From: Gemmatimonadota bacterium
GTDB taxonomy: Bacteria > Gemmatimonadota > Gemmatimonadetes > JACCXV01
DNA length: 30,019 nt
Direction of reading: 5' to 3'
Assembly: GCA_013696835.1 (NCBI GenBank)
Contig: JACCXV010000125.1
Coordinates: forward strand, 1-30,019
Positions 29,418-30,019 of the stretch are shown one piece after another. The number at the start of each line of letters is the position of its first letter. Position 1 is the first letter of the stretch. The notes under the pieces are model-generated. The model was not told the origin of the DNA, did not search any database, and saw only the letters and a program-made list of their open reading frames with translations. A program made the position numbers and the translations under genes.

Positions 29418-29511
29418 TGGAGGCAGTGACTTCACAGCTGGCGGGGTCGGCCTTCGGGCGGAGCCCTCAGGCCGGCGGGGGGCGTGGGAGCCCAGCTGGT
29501 GGAGGGGAGCC

Positions 29512-30019
29512 GTGTGGGCGGCCGGCGCAGGAGTCGCCACGACCTTCGTAGCAGTGGTCTTTCCGGTGCCCGTGCACCGGGTCTTCACGTATCACCCTCC
29601 CGCCGGCGAAGCTCCGCCCCAGCCCGGCGCGCGCGTGCTGGCCCCTTTCGGCAGACGTTCAGCCATCGGCTTCGTGGTTGATCGCGGCGAGGCGCCGCCT
29701 CCCGACGTGAATCCCAAGCTCCTGCTCCGCGTCCTGGACGACGAGTCGCTGTTCACGCCGGTGCTGTGGGCGCTCGCCGAGTGGATCTCGGCCTACTATG
29801 TGGCGCCCCTCGGGATGGTCCTGCGCACGATGCTGCCACCGGGGTTGCTCCGCCGCGAACGTGGCGCAGGACGCCGCCCTCGCGATGCCGGAACTTTCCA
29901 GCCGACGGAACCCGCTACTCGCGCCTTTCTCGAGCCCCTCACCCGGGAGGTGCCCGTCGAGCTGTCGCGCCGCGCCCCGGCGCGGGCTCGTGCGCTCGGG
30001 GCGCTGATCGCTCGCGGCC
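29512..30019 (+). CDS. priA: Primosomal protein N' (PriA), 5' part; runs off the window end
   Basis: Absent from the ORF track because it has no stop. GGAGG at 29501-29505, then GTG 29512. Translated by hand: FVAVVFPVPVHRVFTY...GARVLAPFGRRSAIGFVV...LAEWISAYYVAPLGMVLRTMLPPGL, the PriA 3'-DNA-binding domain pattern; open to the end. Confidence 0.88.
   Translation, partial: MWAAGAGVATTFVAVVFPVPVHRVFTYHPPAGEAPPQPGARVLAPFGRRSAIGFVVDRGEAPPPDVNPKLLLRVLDDESLFTPVLWALAEWISAYYVAPLGMVLRTMLPPGLLRRERGAGRRPRDAGTFQPTEPATRAFLEPLTREVPVELSRRAPARARALGALIARG

Noticed and set aside
29456-29507. Four G-tracts upstream of priA as a G-quadruplex
   Set aside because: Two loops are 15-18 nt long and G-runs are common at this GC content.

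Overview
A 30 kb window of roughly 70% GC (eyeball estimate) from a diderm bacterium. Gene style suggests Gemmatimonadota, but this is inference. All supportable genes are on the + strand. In order: two tandem TamB/AsmA-type genes (the first 5'-truncated); a frameshifted MFS transporter; htpX; a choice-of-anchor I family gene with an internal deletion; uvrA; a small lipoprotein; two-subunit L-serine dehydratase (sdaAB, sdaAA); a DUF1611/DgcN-like gene; an enolase-family epimerase; an ~11 kb block of uncharacterised envelope proteins; and the 5' part of priA, which the ORF track misses. The envelope block holds two paralogous Cys-paired DUF11 lipoproteins, an outer-membrane beta-barrel with TSP3 repeats and an unusual C-terminal domain, and two paralogous Ig-like (PKD/Big_1) lipoproteins. 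No tRNA, rRNA, CRISPR array or mobile element is supportable. The most unusual observations are: (i) a chain of stop/start-overlapped 7-codon mini-ORFs (MTGAPAP) between sdaAA and the DUF1611 gene, whose copies differ from the gene's own N-terminus only at synonymous sites; (ii) the same two-hairpin 3' module after htpX and after the beta-barrel gene, 16.7 kb apart; (iii) a motif-rich 295-nt region upstream of the largest lipoprotein; (iv) a promoter followed by a terminator-like leader before the last lipoprotein; and (v) the envelope block itself.
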